Below, piece by piece: positions 48,893 to 59,438 of a stretch of 64,000 bases of DNA. A program made the translations under genes and the position numbers. The stretch's first letter is position 1, and every line of letters begins with the position of its first letter. The DNA comes from Euryarchaeota archaeon UBA130 (GTDB lineage: Archaea > Thermoplasmatota > Poseidoniia > Poseidoniales > Thalassarchaeaceae). The notes under the pieces were generated by a model. The model searched no databases. It was not told the DNA's origin and worked only from the letters and a program-made list of their open reading frames with translations. The DNA lies in NCBI GenBank assembly GCA_002505775.1, contig DAVY01000006.1, forward strand, positions 9,318-73,317, given 5' to 3'.

Positions 48893-50848
48893 GTGAGATC
48901 ATTCAAAGTGGTCATTGCCACACTCATACTATTTGGGGGAATATGGGTCAATCTAAATCCTGATTTAGTCAACACAACATACAATTTCGACGACTCCGAC
49001 GAAAATCCAAATCTAGTAGGCCTGCAAGAGAATGAACATTGGCTAGTGATAAGAGTGGCATTTCCCTCTATGCCACACTCTCTTTCGGAAACGGAATCTC
49101 TGTTATTGGGCTCTGGTTCGGCACAGGAATATATTTCTCAACTATCAGGAGGTGTTTCAAATTTAGAAGTTACAATTTCTGATGAAGTATGGATCTCTGA
49201 TTTTGAGGAGTCCTACTGGGGAGCTGATTCACAAAACGAACGTGATGTAGGAAATGGGGGAAGCGGGGTAGATAAATTGGTAGAAGAATCTGCCTTAGAT
49301 TTACTTAGTGGTATGGACCTCTCTCAGTGGGACATCAATGGAGATGGTGTCATTGATAGGCTCCTAGTCTTACATTCAGGAAATGCACAGGAGTCAGGAG
49401 GCCCATCCAATTCAATTTGGAGCCATTTCTCAAATCTTATGAATCCTGTAAGTGTAGGTCAATGGGAGATTCAGCACTATACAATTTCATCAATGGAATC
49501 TGGGCTTGGCACACTTGTTCATGAAATGTTGCATCAAATGGGTGCCTACGACTTGTACGATGTCCACTCAGATCTTCCTTCGAGTACATGGAATGGCCTC
49601 GGAGATTGGGACATTATGGCTAGTGGTAACTGGAATGGAAACTCAATGTCACCTGCTATGCCAGGGGCAGCGACCCTAATCACTGTCGGTGGACTCGGAA
49701 TCATTGAAATCGAAACCTCGACAACACAAGATATTCAGTTATATCCAATGTCTTCAAAGAATAACAATACGCGTGTTGCTTATATCGAGACCGCTCCAGA
49801 AGAAGCTGTTTTGGTAACATACCGTGCCGATATAGGATTTGACTCTGAGCTACCCGGCTTCGGGATTATTGTAGAATACCTAGATAAAAATAATGGCAAT
49901 GTAGATGAAAATACTGTGAATAAAGATCCAAATAATCCATGGGTTAAGATTTTGGAGGCTGATGGTGATCAGGCTTTAGTCAGGAATCGTGACACTGGAA
50001 GCCCGGGAGACGCGTTTCAGTCAGGAGACTCATTTGGTCATGAAGGATTCAAAATTAGGGACAATAGAGGAAGATTAGTTCCTTGGCAAATTGAAGTTCA
50101 GAGCATAGAATCTGATGTTGCAACATTAAGATTTTCAACCCTTGAAAACTACACCGACAGAGTACTGACACCGAGGTCTCCTATTCAGTTAATCGAAGGA
50201 GAGAATGCTTATGCCAGTGTGTTTAGCGAGAACCCGTGTACCCTACTAGTAAACATCAGTACCGATTTAACGGTCCCTCAAGCTACAGAGGTGGAAATAC
50301 CATCTGGAGAAACTATAATCCCAATAATTAGAGCCTCTGAAACTTCTGATGATTTAGGTTTAATAACAGGAAAGATAGGTTGCAAAGATAAGAATCCCGA
50401 GGACATTAGAATCGAATGGCAGAAGATCGGTCATAGGATTGTTACTAAAGAGACAATCCATGTTATTCCATGGAATCAAGATTCAACTATTCAAATACCG
50501 ATTAACACAAATGGCTATGGAGAAAGAAGCTATGATATTGCCATAGAGGGAGCAGTAGATAGAATTGCATCCTCTTCAACTCAAGGGGTTTTTTCTCCAG
50601 GGGATGAAATCTTAATGAAGATCGAACCTAATGGATTACTGACCCCTGGCATGTATGCAAGGGGAGAAATCGTGATTCAAGATGAATTTTCCGTTGAGCA
50701 AAGAATAGAGATTACATTAATTGCCGAATCGCCATTTACAGGAGACGGCCTATTGGGCTGGATTTCGCAGCCATCTAATGGAATTCTGGTAATTTCAATT
50801 CTTCTGGCATTTAGCATACTAACGGGCAAAAGCAGAGATATTACCTAG
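48893..50848 (+). CDS. Secreted zinc metalloprotease (HExxHxxGxxD, M6/InhA-like) with C-terminal membrane anchor
   Basis: 651 aa. Signal/TM at N-terminus, HEMLHQMGAYDLYD zinc site, β-rich C-terminal domains, terminal TM GILVISILLAFSIL. Confidence 0.6.
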   Translation: MRSFKVVIATLILFGGIWVNLNPDLVNTTYNFDDSDENPNLVGLQENEHWLVIRVAFPSMPHSLSETESLLLGSGSAQEYISQLSGGVSNLEVTISDEVWISDFEESYWGADSQNERDVGNGGSGVDKLVEESALDLLSGMDLSQWDINGDGVIDRLLVLHSGNAQESGGPSNSIWSHFSNLMNPVSVGQWEIQHYTISSMESGLGTLVHEMLHQMGAYDLYDVHSDLPSSTWNGLGDWDIMASGNWNGNSMSPAMPGAATLITVGGLGIIEIETSTTQDIQLYPMSSKNNNTRVAYIETAPEEAVLVTYRADIGFDSELPGFGIIVEYLDKNNGNVDENTVNKDPNNPWVKILEADGDQALVRNRDTGSPGDAFQSGDSFGHEGFKIRDNRGRLVPWQIEVQSIESDVATLRFSTLENYTDRVLTPRSPIQLIEGENAYASVFSENPCTLLVNISTDLTVPQATEVEIPSGETIIPIIRASETSDDLGLITGKIGCKDKNPEDIRIEWQKIGHRIVTKETIHVIPWNQDSTIQIPINTNGYGERSYDIAIEGAVDRIASSSTQGVFSPGDEILMKIEPNGLLTPGMYARGEIVIQDEFSVEQRIEITLIAESPFTGDGLLGWISQPSNGILVISILLAFSILTGKSRDIT

Positions 50849-51965
50849 GATTGCTCCACCTGGAATCCGCAGGAGGACGAGAGATTTTTAGAAAATCCCA
50901 ATCACCAAAACCGACATCTACAGGACAAATCCATTGTTTGTTTACCCCCGATGCAAGCCTAGAAATTAAACATGCCTTAGCCCATACTCCAACTCTTTTT
51001 TGTTCATCCTCTGGGTCATTAATCAGCCATGGCGCGTGATCCTGCCCTACTGATCCTGAGTAACACCTCCAAGTGGTCCCGAATTTGAAACCGGACCGTG
51101 TATTCAGCCCTCTCTTCAGTAAATTAAGCAACAAACTCGCTGTGTTCGTTATCCCTATCTCTGAGTTTTTTTGGCCAGGGGAGTAACTCTCTATTTCGAA
51201 CCGATTCGATGAGTCCCCAAAAAATTGGACCAACTCCCTTTCAACCCAGTCCAGCTGCCGACCACCCTGCGTAGGTACACCGATAGCCTCGACTGGCCAA
51301 TCAGTTACTTTTGCGAAAAAGGCCCCTCCAGTAATTGTTTCAGAATACTCGTAATTGGAGATTTTCAAGAAGTCTTCAGTGGTTGGGGGCTTGAGATTTC
51401 CAATTGGATCGACAGTTGAGAGATGGTATGTCACCACGGAAAGCTCCTCATCAACTACTAATGCCTCTGCAATTCTCCCAATACTCTCTACTTCAGCCAC
51501 CCAATCAAATAAGTCATTATAGTCAAATTCTTCTTCAGCTGTATACCATCTAATCTCAGAAGCGGGCAGGTCCCTAGAAGGATGCTTATCGGAATCCCAC
51601 CTCAGTCCCCACGATTTTTTACTATGGCCTATTCCTAATGAATCTAGGTTCCTTCTTAGAACAATTTTATTTCCTGGTGTTCTCAACGCTTCCATGACGG
51701 CGTGCTCCATAATCAGTTTGGAGTCAGCATTCAAAGCTGTCTGCATAAAATCCTCACTAGGGGGGTCAATATTTCTATGGTTTATACAGAATAACATCTC
51801 AACCGATGTGAGACCAATTCCCCCCCCTTCCATAATTATGCCCAATGCAGACTTATGCCATAGCCTATCTGCCGACTTACCACCAAAATACCAAGTCCCG
51901 TTATCGCCCCCCATAACCAACCCTAAAGGCACTACAATTTCATCTCCTCGGTCCAGAAATATCAT
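50841..51965 (-). CDS. endA: tRNA-splicing endonuclease (EndA), long two-unit form
   Basis: 374 aa. C-terminal catalytic unit GFKFGTTWRCYSGSVGQDHAPWLI…VWAKACLISRLASGVNKQWICPV matches the EndA signature (G[FY]K[FY]G.DF.VY…H…RLA.SV.K). Confidence 0.6.
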   Translation of the reverse strand: MIFLDRGDEIVVPLGLVMGGDNGTWYFGGKSADRLWHKSALGIIMEGGGIGLTSVEMLFCINHRNIDPPSEDFMQTALNADSKLIMEHAVMEALRTPGNKIVLRRNLDSLGIGHSKKSWGLRWDSDKHPSRDLPASEIRWYTAEEEFDYNDLFDWVAEVESIGRIAEALVVDEELSVVTYHLSTVDPIGNLKPPTTEDFLKISNYEYSETITGGAFFAKVTDWPVEAIGVPTQGGRQLDWVERELVQFFGDSSNRFEIESYSPGQKNSEIGITNTASLLLNLLKRGLNTRSGFKFGTTWRCYSGSVGQDHAPWLINDPEDEQKRVGVWAKACLISRLASGVNKQWICPVDVGFGDWDFLKISRPPADSRWSNPR

Positions 51966-51989
51966 TTCCCTCCGCCCACTCGTATTACT

Positions 51990-53036
51990 GTGTCAGAATA
52001 CAACGAAGCAGACTCGCTAAGGTCACTAATTAGATTACTACAGCAAGTAGAGGGTACTAGAGTGACCCTAATTGGCGATGTAATGCTTGATAGGTATCAT
52101 CATGGTTACTCTAATAATCTCAACTCAACTGCACCAGTTCCAGTCTTGAGAGTGACAAATTCTGAGGAGTCTCCGGGAGCCGCTGCGCACATCGCAAGGG
52201 GCTTATTCTCACTGGGCCTTAATGTCGATTTCTATAGTTCCGTCGGGGATGACGATGAAGGTGATGTAATAATCGAAACACTCTCTTCTGAGGGTATCCA
52301 AACAGATGGAATAATCCGAGTACCCGATAGAAAAACCCTCACAAAAATTAGATTTTATGGAAGTAGGGAGAATTTGCTAGACCAAAGCCAAGTCCTCCTC
52401 CAAGCAGATAGAGGCCCACTCGAAGATCTTGATCCATCAATCAGTGAGAGTCTCACTAATTCTGCCTTTAGCTCCCTATCTTCAAGCCAAGCTCTGGTTA
52501 TTTCAGATTATGACAAAGGTGTTATCTCTGAATTAGGATCTCATAAGCTTATAGAATCGGCAAAGAAATTGGGTATTCCCTGCATAGTTGATCCAAAACT
52601 TACCGGATTATCCAGGAGCACCGGAGCCGACATAGTAATTTTTGGCATGAGAGGTTTGGAGTTGCAAAAAAGGAGACTCATGACTGACTCCTTGGATGAA
52701 GCCGCCTCCCATCTAATTGAGACCTACTCTTGGGGTGCTCTACTAGTACTGGGGGGCGTTAATGGAGTTACATTACATTCATCGGATGGAACAAAGGTAT
52801 ATTTCCCATGCAGGGCAGACGCACCAAGGCAACAAATAGGGCTGAACGATGCAGCGGCAACCGCTCTCGCCGCGGCATTAGGAAATGGACTAAATATTGT
52901 AGATGCCGCAGCATTTTCCGCTGCCGCCTGTGAATGTGTACTTTCTGCAAAAGCAAGTCAAGAGTTTGTGGATAGCGATACATTGCAACTCTGGCTGGAA
53001 GAGCTTTCATGGAAATTACGTATTTCGGATAGATAA
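51990..53036 (+). CDS. PfkB-family carbohydrate kinase (HldE/RfaE kinase-domain-like)
   Basis: 348 aa. VTLIGDVMLDRYHHGYSN…STAPVPVLRV resembles the RfaE domain-I motif; C-terminal PfkB anion-hole region GAGDAF-like (DAAATALAAALG). Confidence 0.6.
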   Translation: MSEYNEADSLRSLIRLLQQVEGTRVTLIGDVMLDRYHHGYSNNLNSTAPVPVLRVTNSEESPGAAAHIARGLFSLGLNVDFYSSVGDDDEGDVIIETLSSEGIQTDGIIRVPDRKTLTKIRFYGSRENLLDQSQVLLQADRGPLEDLDPSISESLTNSAFSSLSSSQALVISDYDKGVISELGSHKLIESAKKLGIPCIVDPKLTGLSRSTGADIVIFGMRGLELQKRRLMTDSLDEAASHLIETYSWGALLVLGGVNGVTLHSSDGTKVYFPCRADAPRQQIGLNDAAATALAAALGNGLNIVDAAAFSAAACECVLSAKASQEFVDSDTLQLWLEELSWKLRISDR

Positions 53037-53082
53037 TCAATATAACCAGAAGTTCAAAACAAGTAGCAATACGCCGTAGTCC

Positions 53083-54612
53083 ATGAAGAGGGTAATTGCA
53101 TTGACATTCATGTCTATGCTGTTTTTTAATTTCCATTCCCCTGTGGGAATCTTAGAAGATGCAGAGGGCGCATATTACTCGGATATATCAGATCCACCAA
53201 TAATTGGCTTCGACGAATATAATGGTGTATTTATCGATACTAACTCTACATTATCCGGATTTATAGTTTCAAGCGTTTATCCCGATTCCGCAGAGTGGTA
53301 CGTTTCTGACCTTTCAACTTCTGGAGAATTGTCTGCTATCACAGAACCATTACCATTGTACACAGAAGAAATATTTTCAAATCAGGATGATGGTCTTTCT
53401 AGGTGGTCCTGGAACATTTCCAATATATTTAATGCTCCAATTTTAGGGACCGAAGTTGTCAATGATTGTACCTGCTACTTGACGATAATTGTAATTTCCG
53501 GGATTCACCAATCTACCAAATCATTAGCAGTTTTTCTTGGAGATTCTGACAGTCCTGGGATAACACTGGATAGTGAGACAGAACGCCTATCCGGATCCTT
53601 TGATACTTCTGGATGGGCTTCATCCCCTATAGGAGAACCTATACCATCATCAATTACAATTTCCAATGAACTCTCATCAACCGGGAGATGCTCTACCGTA
53701 CCGGATCTTTCGCTCCATAATGCCGATACAAATATCTCAATAACCCACTATTTATCCTTGGAAGGATATTTCTCCGCATCTATCGACATATCGAGTTTAA
53801 TCGATGGATGGTACTCCGTGTGGTATTCGTTAAACTCTACAGACGTAAATGAGGTAGTCAAAAATTACTGTGTAAAAGCACTGGTGGATAATTCCAATCC
53901 TGTGGCTTCTGTAGAAGGCCCTCAACAGTCTCAGGAAGGTGATGGAGACCTCATTTTTGACGCTGGGAATTCATACGATCCATTCTGGGGTAAAGATAGC
54001 TTAAACTACATATGGTCCCTAATCAAGATTGAGCCAACTGGCAACTATATGGTCGATAATTCCGAGGGGAGAAGCTCAAGTTTTTTTGTTGTAGATGACT
54101 CAATATCAGGAGACTACTTATTGTCGCTATTAGTTGTGGATGGCCAAGGAATGATAGATCAGAATGATTATGAATTTTCCATTATCAACCAACCACCCTT
54201 AGCCAAGCTTTCGATCTCTGGAGAATCACTTTCTGATGGCGACAAAATGCAGTTATCTGACTTGACAGAATGGGATTTAGACGCCACACAATCACTAGAC
54301 ACCACCAATGATGTTGAAGGACTAAGGTGCGTTTGGAAAATTAACTACAAGACAATTTATGAAGGCTGTGAAAGAACCTTGCAATGGCCTGTAGATGATA
54401 ATAATGACACAATCCTACTTACACTTGATGTAATTGATGACGATGAAGAATACTCCTCGATAACGGTAGAGTTATCCCGTGCTAATAACGAGAATCTAAT
54501 TCCTCTACCCATAATAGTTCTCATACTATCAACGCTATTCTTTATCAGCTCACTAATTTATTCAAGAAGGAGAAACGACGATATGGAAATTCCGAAATGG
54601 AATGATTCATAA
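53083..54612 (+). CDS. Secreted PKD-domain surface protein with C-terminal membrane anchor
   Basis: 509 aa. Signal peptide; PKD-like segment GDLIFDAGNSYDPFWGKDSLNYIWS; C-terminal TM IIVLILSTLFFISSLIY + RRRN. Confidence 0.5.
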   Translation: MKRVIALTFMSMLFFNFHSPVGILEDAEGAYYSDISDPPIIGFDEYNGVFIDTNSTLSGFIVSSVYPDSAEWYVSDLSTSGELSAITEPLPLYTEEIFSNQDDGLSRWSWNISNIFNAPILGTEVVNDCTCYLTIIVISGIHQSTKSLAVFLGDSDSPGITLDSETERLSGSFDTSGWASSPIGEPIPSSITISNELSSTGRCSTVPDLSLHNADTNISITHYLSLEGYFSASIDISSLIDGWYSVWYSLNSTDVNEVVKNYCVKALVDNSNPVASVEGPQQSQEGDGDLIFDAGNSYDPFWGKDSLNYIWSLIKIEPTGNYMVDNSEGRSSSFFVVDDSISGDYLLSLLVVDGQGMIDQNDYEFSIINQPPLAKLSISGESLSDGDKMQLSDLTEWDLDATQSLDTTNDVEGLRCVWKINYKTIYEGCERTLQWPVDDNNDTILLTLDVIDDDEEYSSITVELSRANNENLIPLPIIVLILSTLFFISSLIYSRRRNDDMEIPKWNDS

Positions 54613-54652
54613 TTATGAAAAATACCCTCACCACTAAGTAGTTGTATGATAG

Positions 54653-55966
54653 GTGACAAACATGAAAGGTACGGTTTTTGAACACAGTGAGTACCGCAAA
54701 CGCCAAGAGGAACTTTTTGACAAGCTTCCTATGGATTCAATCGTCATTCTCCCTAACAATGTCCCCTCAATTAGGTCTAACGATACCAAATATCCCTACA
54801 GGGCTAACTCATATCTGATGTATCTTTCTGGCTGGGAAGAGCCACACTCTACGCTAGTCCTGACAAAAATTTCTGATCATACCAATGTCGCTCTGTTTGT
54901 AAAGCCTAGAAATACAGAATTAGAGATATGGGAGGGAAGAATTGTTGGAGTTGAGGGTGCAAAGAATGGATGGCCAATAAAACAGGCGTTTCCAAACACA
55001 GACTTCGAATCGGTAATGAAAAATACTCTCAAAGAAATATCAAATCTTTATCTTTTCAAGGGCATTAATGTAGAAATGGACGTTCTAGTTAGTGACCTGT
55101 GGAAAGGAGATATTCTGGATCCATCTCCCTATGTAGATAAGATGAGGACAATAAAGTCTACAGCAGAGATTGAAATTATGAAATCTGCAGCGTCGATAGC
55201 ATCACAAGCTCATATCTCTGCAATGGCAATAACTAAGCCAAATATAGGCGAGTGGGAGATTCAAGCATGTATTGAAAATCACTTCACATTGAACAGGTCT
55301 GTCAACAGCTACAACCCAATCGTAGGTGGAGGAGACAATGCTACCATCTTGCATTACAACTCTAATTCTGGTCGAATCGAAGATAATGAATTGGTATTGG
55401 TTGATGCTGGTTGCGAGGTTAGCGGTTATGCATCAGATATTACCAGGACCTGGCCTGTTAACGGCAAGTTTACGAAATCTCAGAGAGAAATTTACGAATT
55501 GGTTCTTGAAGCTCAGATTTCGGCAATTGGAGCCTGCCAATCCGGATACACATGGGATTCTATGCACCGAGCGGCTTCTGAGGTGATATCGAGAGGACTC
55601 ATAGACCTCGGGATACTAAAATGCTCTAAGCAAGAGGCCCTAGGTATGAATTTGGATGGGGAGTTCCGGAAATTTTTCATGCATGGTACTGGCCACATGC
55701 TTGGCTTAGACGTTCATGACGTAGGGGGCGGGAGGCAAGGAGGAAAGGCTGGCCCTGTTCTTTTACCTGGTATGATTGTAACAGTCGAACCGGGCCTATA
55801 CTTTGCCTCATGGAGGGAGGACATTGATATTCCGAAGAAATACTCCGGAATAGGTGTTAGGATAGAGGATGATGTTCTGATAACGGAGAGTGGACCAATA
55901 GTACTTACTGACGGGTGCCCCAAGACAATCGATGAAATAGAATCAATCGTTGGAAGTGCACTGTAG
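54653..55966 (+). CDS. pepP: Xaa-Pro aminopeptidase (M24B, PepP-like)
   Basis: 437 aa. Pita-bread domain with metal ligands in VLVDAGCEVSGYASDITRTWPV, HGTGHMLGLDVHD, VEPGLY…, IRIEDDVLIT. Confidence 0.8.
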   Translation: MTNMKGTVFEHSEYRKRQEELFDKLPMDSIVILPNNVPSIRSNDTKYPYRANSYLMYLSGWEEPHSTLVLTKISDHTNVALFVKPRNTELEIWEGRIVGVEGAKNGWPIKQAFPNTDFESVMKNTLKEISNLYLFKGINVEMDVLVSDLWKGDILDPSPYVDKMRTIKSTAEIEIMKSAASIASQAHISAMAITKPNIGEWEIQACIENHFTLNRSVNSYNPIVGGGDNATILHYNSNSGRIEDNELVLVDAGCEVSGYASDITRTWPVNGKFTKSQREIYELVLEAQISAIGACQSGYTWDSMHRAASEVISRGLIDLGILKCSKQEALGMNLDGEFRKFFMHGTGHMLGLDVHDVGGGRQGGKAGPVLLPGMIVTVEPGLYFASWREDIDIPKKYSGIGVRIEDDVLITESGPIVLTDGCPKTIDEIESIVGSAL

Positions 55967-57127
55967 ATGGTAATTTCAGATATATTACGAGCTCAAATGG
56001 CAGTTGAACCTTCAAGAATTACAGTTGAAGAAGCGATCTTACTGTACGAAGAAGCAGACTTGAGCGATTTGATGCATGTGGCATCATCAAGGAGGTCATC
56101 AATCGTTCCTGGAAATGAGGTAACATATCTGGTTGATAGGAACATCAATTACACCAATGCTTGCACGATTAATTGCCAATTCTGTTCTTTCTACAGGCCC
56201 CCAGATCATACTGAAGCATATACACAGACATTCCAAGAAATCAGTGCGCGGGTAACCGAGTTAGAAGAGATTGGAGGCTCCAGGATCTTAATGCAAGGTG
56301 GCGTAAATCCGGACCTGGAATTATCATGGTACACCGAAATGCTTTCTAATTTACATCAAAGCCATCCAAATATACACTTAGATTGCTTTTCACCTATAGA
56401 AATAGAAGGAATAGCAGAGGTATGTGAATTATCCACTAAAGAGGTTCTGACCAAATTGAGAGATTCTGGTATGCATGGTTTACCGGGTGGTGGCGCAGAG
56501 ATGTTAGTTGACGATGTAAGGCTAGATATATCTCCAAAAAAAGGCTCATCCTCTAATTGGATTAGGGTAATGCGTGAAGCTCAAGAGCTTGGCTTGATAA
56601 CTTCTGCGACCAATGTAATTGGTTTTGGTGAAGATTACTCTGACAGGGTTAAGCACATGGACCTAATCAGAAATGCCCAAGATGATGCTATAGCTAGTGG
56701 GAATGTTGGCTTCACCTCTTTCATATCTTGGCCTGTCCAGCTAGAGAATAACGCATTTGGCTCCAGAAATAGGGGGACTAATAAGACAAAGCTAGGAGCA
56801 ACATCTTCAGAGTATCTCAGACACGTAGCAATCTCAAGAATATTTTTTGATAATATTATACACATTCAGGCCTCATGGCCCACAATGGGCATGGAGATAG
56901 CACAACTTGCCTTGGCGGCGGGCGCAGATGATGCAGGATCCACAATGATGGAGGAAAATGTAGTATCTGCATCCGGAACTAGCAAGACTATGGCTAGTGA
57001 GAAGGAGCTCCAAAGGATTATCCTTAGATCAGGTTATCAACCAAGAAAAAGAGACTCTGAATATAACCTATTGGAGACTGAGTTGATTGACGAGGGAATA
57101 TTGCAGTCTCCGCCACCTGTTCAGTGA
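55967..57127 (+). CDS. Radical SAM enzyme, MqnC/MqnE family (futalosine-pathway menaquinone biosynthesis)
   Basis: 386 aa. NINYTNACTINCQFCSFYR matches the Mqn-type Cx3Cx2C box (N.TN.C…C.FC.F.R), rather than the CofG/CofH/ThiH Cx3CxYC form. Confidence 0.6.
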   Translation: MVISDILRAQMAVEPSRITVEEAILLYEEADLSDLMHVASSRRSSIVPGNEVTYLVDRNINYTNACTINCQFCSFYRPPDHTEAYTQTFQEISARVTELEEIGGSRILMQGGVNPDLELSWYTEMLSNLHQSHPNIHLDCFSPIEIEGIAEVCELSTKEVLTKLRDSGMHGLPGGGAEMLVDDVRLDISPKKGSSSNWIRVMREAQELGLITSATNVIGFGEDYSDRVKHMDLIRNAQDDAIASGNVGFTSFISWPVQLENNAFGSRNRGTNKTKLGATSSEYLRHVAISRIFFDNIIHIQASWPTMGMEIAQLALAAGADDAGSTMMEENVVSASGTSKTMASEKELQRIILRSGYQPRKRDSEYNLLETELIDEGILQSPPPVQ

Positions 57128-57129
57128 GA

Positions 57130-58203
57130 CTATGACTCCGACCTGCCACTTCTGACTGGAAGATTTTCAAATCCAGTCTTTGTTTCCGGGAAATTAACAT
57201 TTACTGGCCTCACCCATTTCATTCTCGAACCATCACTCTTTATTCCCTCAATAACTATCTCCCAATGGATCGCAATCATCGCGGAATATATAGTACCGGG
57301 CCATGGATTAGTAGGTCCGGAAATTCTCATTGGAAACTGGTCAATTTTTTTCCAGGGGCCATAATCCTGAACTCTCATTGGCTCTAGTAGCAACAACCTT
57401 CCCCTCCCCACTGTCATTGGCAATGATTCACCCACGCCCGTCCCATGCTCATCTGCAGTAGATATTCTTCTATCCGGTAATTCAGTAGACATGCCGGGTG
57501 GAGGCTGTCCAAATTTTCTTCTTCCGGAGGACCTCAAAATGACCTCTCTCTCGGGTATCGCAGCACCCACCTGAACCCTGATTCTTTCAGCTTTTATCCC
57601 ATCGGGGAGAATGATATTTGATATCTCTATGGAATCAGTGCTAATATCATTAATTTTGATTTCTGGATTAGAAAGAGGATTCGCAATGTATTCATTCTGC
57701 CTTCTGATGTCCTTGATATTTGCTAAAACACGTAAAAATATTGGTACAATAAATACTGGAAACGCAATCATTAGCATTAATGGATAGTCGAGTGGACCCA
57801 AGCTAATGGGCGTGAAAATGAACTCAGGCATGAATTTCAAATTGATTAGTGCTGGCTCAAGAGCATGAAGCATCAGAGCTACGACCAATGTGAATACTCC
57901 TGGATATATGGATTTCCTTGCTATCTTATGTAGTAGATCTGGCTCAATGTACCACCCATTCCTCGTCCTCATTAAGAATGGTAATGTGGTATATGTTACT
58001 TCCTTTGTAATCAAGGGTAGTGAAGAGTCGTTTTGATTTTCTTCCCTCCATTCCAATACCCATGAATCGTCATTTCCAATTTTAAAGGCGGGCGGTGGAG
58101 GATTTTCCGATTCTAAAATGACCTCCACTAGTGGAATCCCCCTAGGGTCACTATTTTCATGATCGAAGGGGGGATATCTTACCCTTTGAACTGACCTATA
58201 CAT
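57130..58203 (-). CDS. Hypothetical membrane protein
   Basis: 357 aa. Soluble N-terminal region, 3–4 TM helices mid-protein, Pro/Gly-rich C-terminal region. Confidence 0.4.
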   Translation of the reverse strand: MYRSVQRVRYPPFDHENSDPRGIPLVEVILESENPPPPAFKIGNDDSWVLEWREENQNDSSLPLITKEVTYTTLPFLMRTRNGWYIEPDLLHKIARKSIYPGVFTLVVALMLHALEPALINLKFMPEFIFTPISLGPLDYPLMLMIAFPVFIVPIFLRVLANIKDIRRQNEYIANPLSNPEIKINDISTDSIEISNIILPDGIKAERIRVQVGAAIPEREVILRSSGRRKFGQPPPGMSTELPDRRISTADEHGTGVGESLPMTVGRGRLLLLEPMRVQDYGPWKKIDQFPMRISGPTNPWPGTIYSAMIAIHWEIVIEGIKSDGSRMKWVRPVNVNFPETKTGFENLPVRSGRSES

Positions 58204-58204
58204 A

Positions 58205-59428
58205 CTAACTCCAAATTACAGCAGACGCCGCTTTCGTGGCTAATGATCTAAATTCTGGTACTTCTTTAAGCAGGCGTAGTCCTAATGGTATCGGGTTATC
58301 TATCTCACCAGACTCATTGATAATCTGGGTAACTTCTGGCCTAGACCAGACTTTGAAAACACTTTCCAGTTCTTCATCTGTAACCTCTGTAAGGAAAGCA
58401 TCTCTTAGTGCCCTAGCCCTATTCAATTTCTTTCTCATTGGTCCTAGAATCTTGACCAAACTCTTCATTTTAGCCTCACCAAGGTCATCATTATTTATGC
58501 ACTCGGATAAAATTGGAGCTAGTAAGTCTGCTTGATCAAACCCAGTACCTATGCCTCCTCCGGTGGTTGGTTTACAAGCACCAGATGCATCTCCGAAAAG
58601 TGCCACTCTTTCCCGCAACGGATACTTCAGTAAGCCACTTGGAACGGGTCCTCCAAACCTGCCAACGATATTGCAATTTTCGAATCTCTGTTTCCAAATA
58701 GAGGAATTCATAAGATTATCAACCATCATTTCACAAGATTTTCCAGTCAGTAAATCAGCCCTACTCCACATGCCAATCCTCGTTGTTTCACCAGAGGGTA
58801 TAGCCCAAGCGAAAAATCCTGGAGCGATATCATTTCCAGTAAACATATCTAACTGTCCAGATGAACCATTGTACCCTGTAACCTCCACTTGGTAACCAAT
58901 CATCATTTCCTTAGGCCTTCCCATTTTCATAGTTCTTCTGACCCATGAATGTGCTCCATCACATCCACACACTAAATCACACCTAACCTTACAAATATCC
59001 CCTCCGACATTGATAGAAATCTCTGCATAATCCTTCTCAATATCTAATTTGGTGGGCTTGGAGTTCAGTATAATATCAGCCCCCGATTCTATAGCAAGAC
59101 GGACAACACCCTCATCAAATTTCTTCCTGCAAACCGACCAGGTACGAATCCTTTCTGGTGATCCAATATCTACAGTGGTACCATTAGGACTGTTTATTCT
59201 AGCACCCCATATCGGGGTAAGAATGGTATTTTTCATAGGCACTCTTTCCATGGCCCCAGGATTTACTAGGCCTGCGCATTGGAATGGCCTTCCTATTTCC
59301 GAGTGCTCCTCAACAATTAATACCGTGTGCCCCAATTCTTTGAATTTCCAGCCTAGGTATCCCCCGACTGGTCCTGCACCAATAATCACTACATCGTAGA
59401 ATTCCTCAATTTGAGCTTGGACATTCAT
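58205..59428 (-). CDS. Geranylgeranyl reductase-family flavoprotein (digeranylgeranylglycerophospholipid reductase-like)
   Basis: 407 aa. FAD-binding VVIIGAGPVGGYLGWKFKELGHTVLIVEE, GD-box, length and layout of archaeal GGR. Confidence 0.8.
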   Translation of the reverse strand: MNVQAQIEEFYDVVIIGAGPVGGYLGWKFKELGHTVLIVEEHSEIGRPFQCAGLVNPGAMERVPMKNTILTPIWGARINSPNGTTVDIGSPERIRTWSVCRKKFDEGVVRLAIESGADIILNSKPTKLDIEKDYAEISINVGGDICKVRCDLVCGCDGAHSWVRRTMKMGRPKEMMIGYQVEVTGYNGSSGQLDMFTGNDIAPGFFAWAIPSGETTRIGMWSRADLLTGKSCEMMVDNLMNSSIWKQRFENCNIVGRFGGPVPSGLLKYPLRERVALFGDASGACKPTTGGGIGTGFDQADLLAPILSECINNDDLGEAKMKSLVKILGPMRKKLNRARALRDAFLTEVTDEELESVFKVWSRPEVTQIINESGEIDNPIPLGLRLLKEVPEFRSLATKAASAVIWS

Positions 59429-59438
59429 CCTAATTCCC

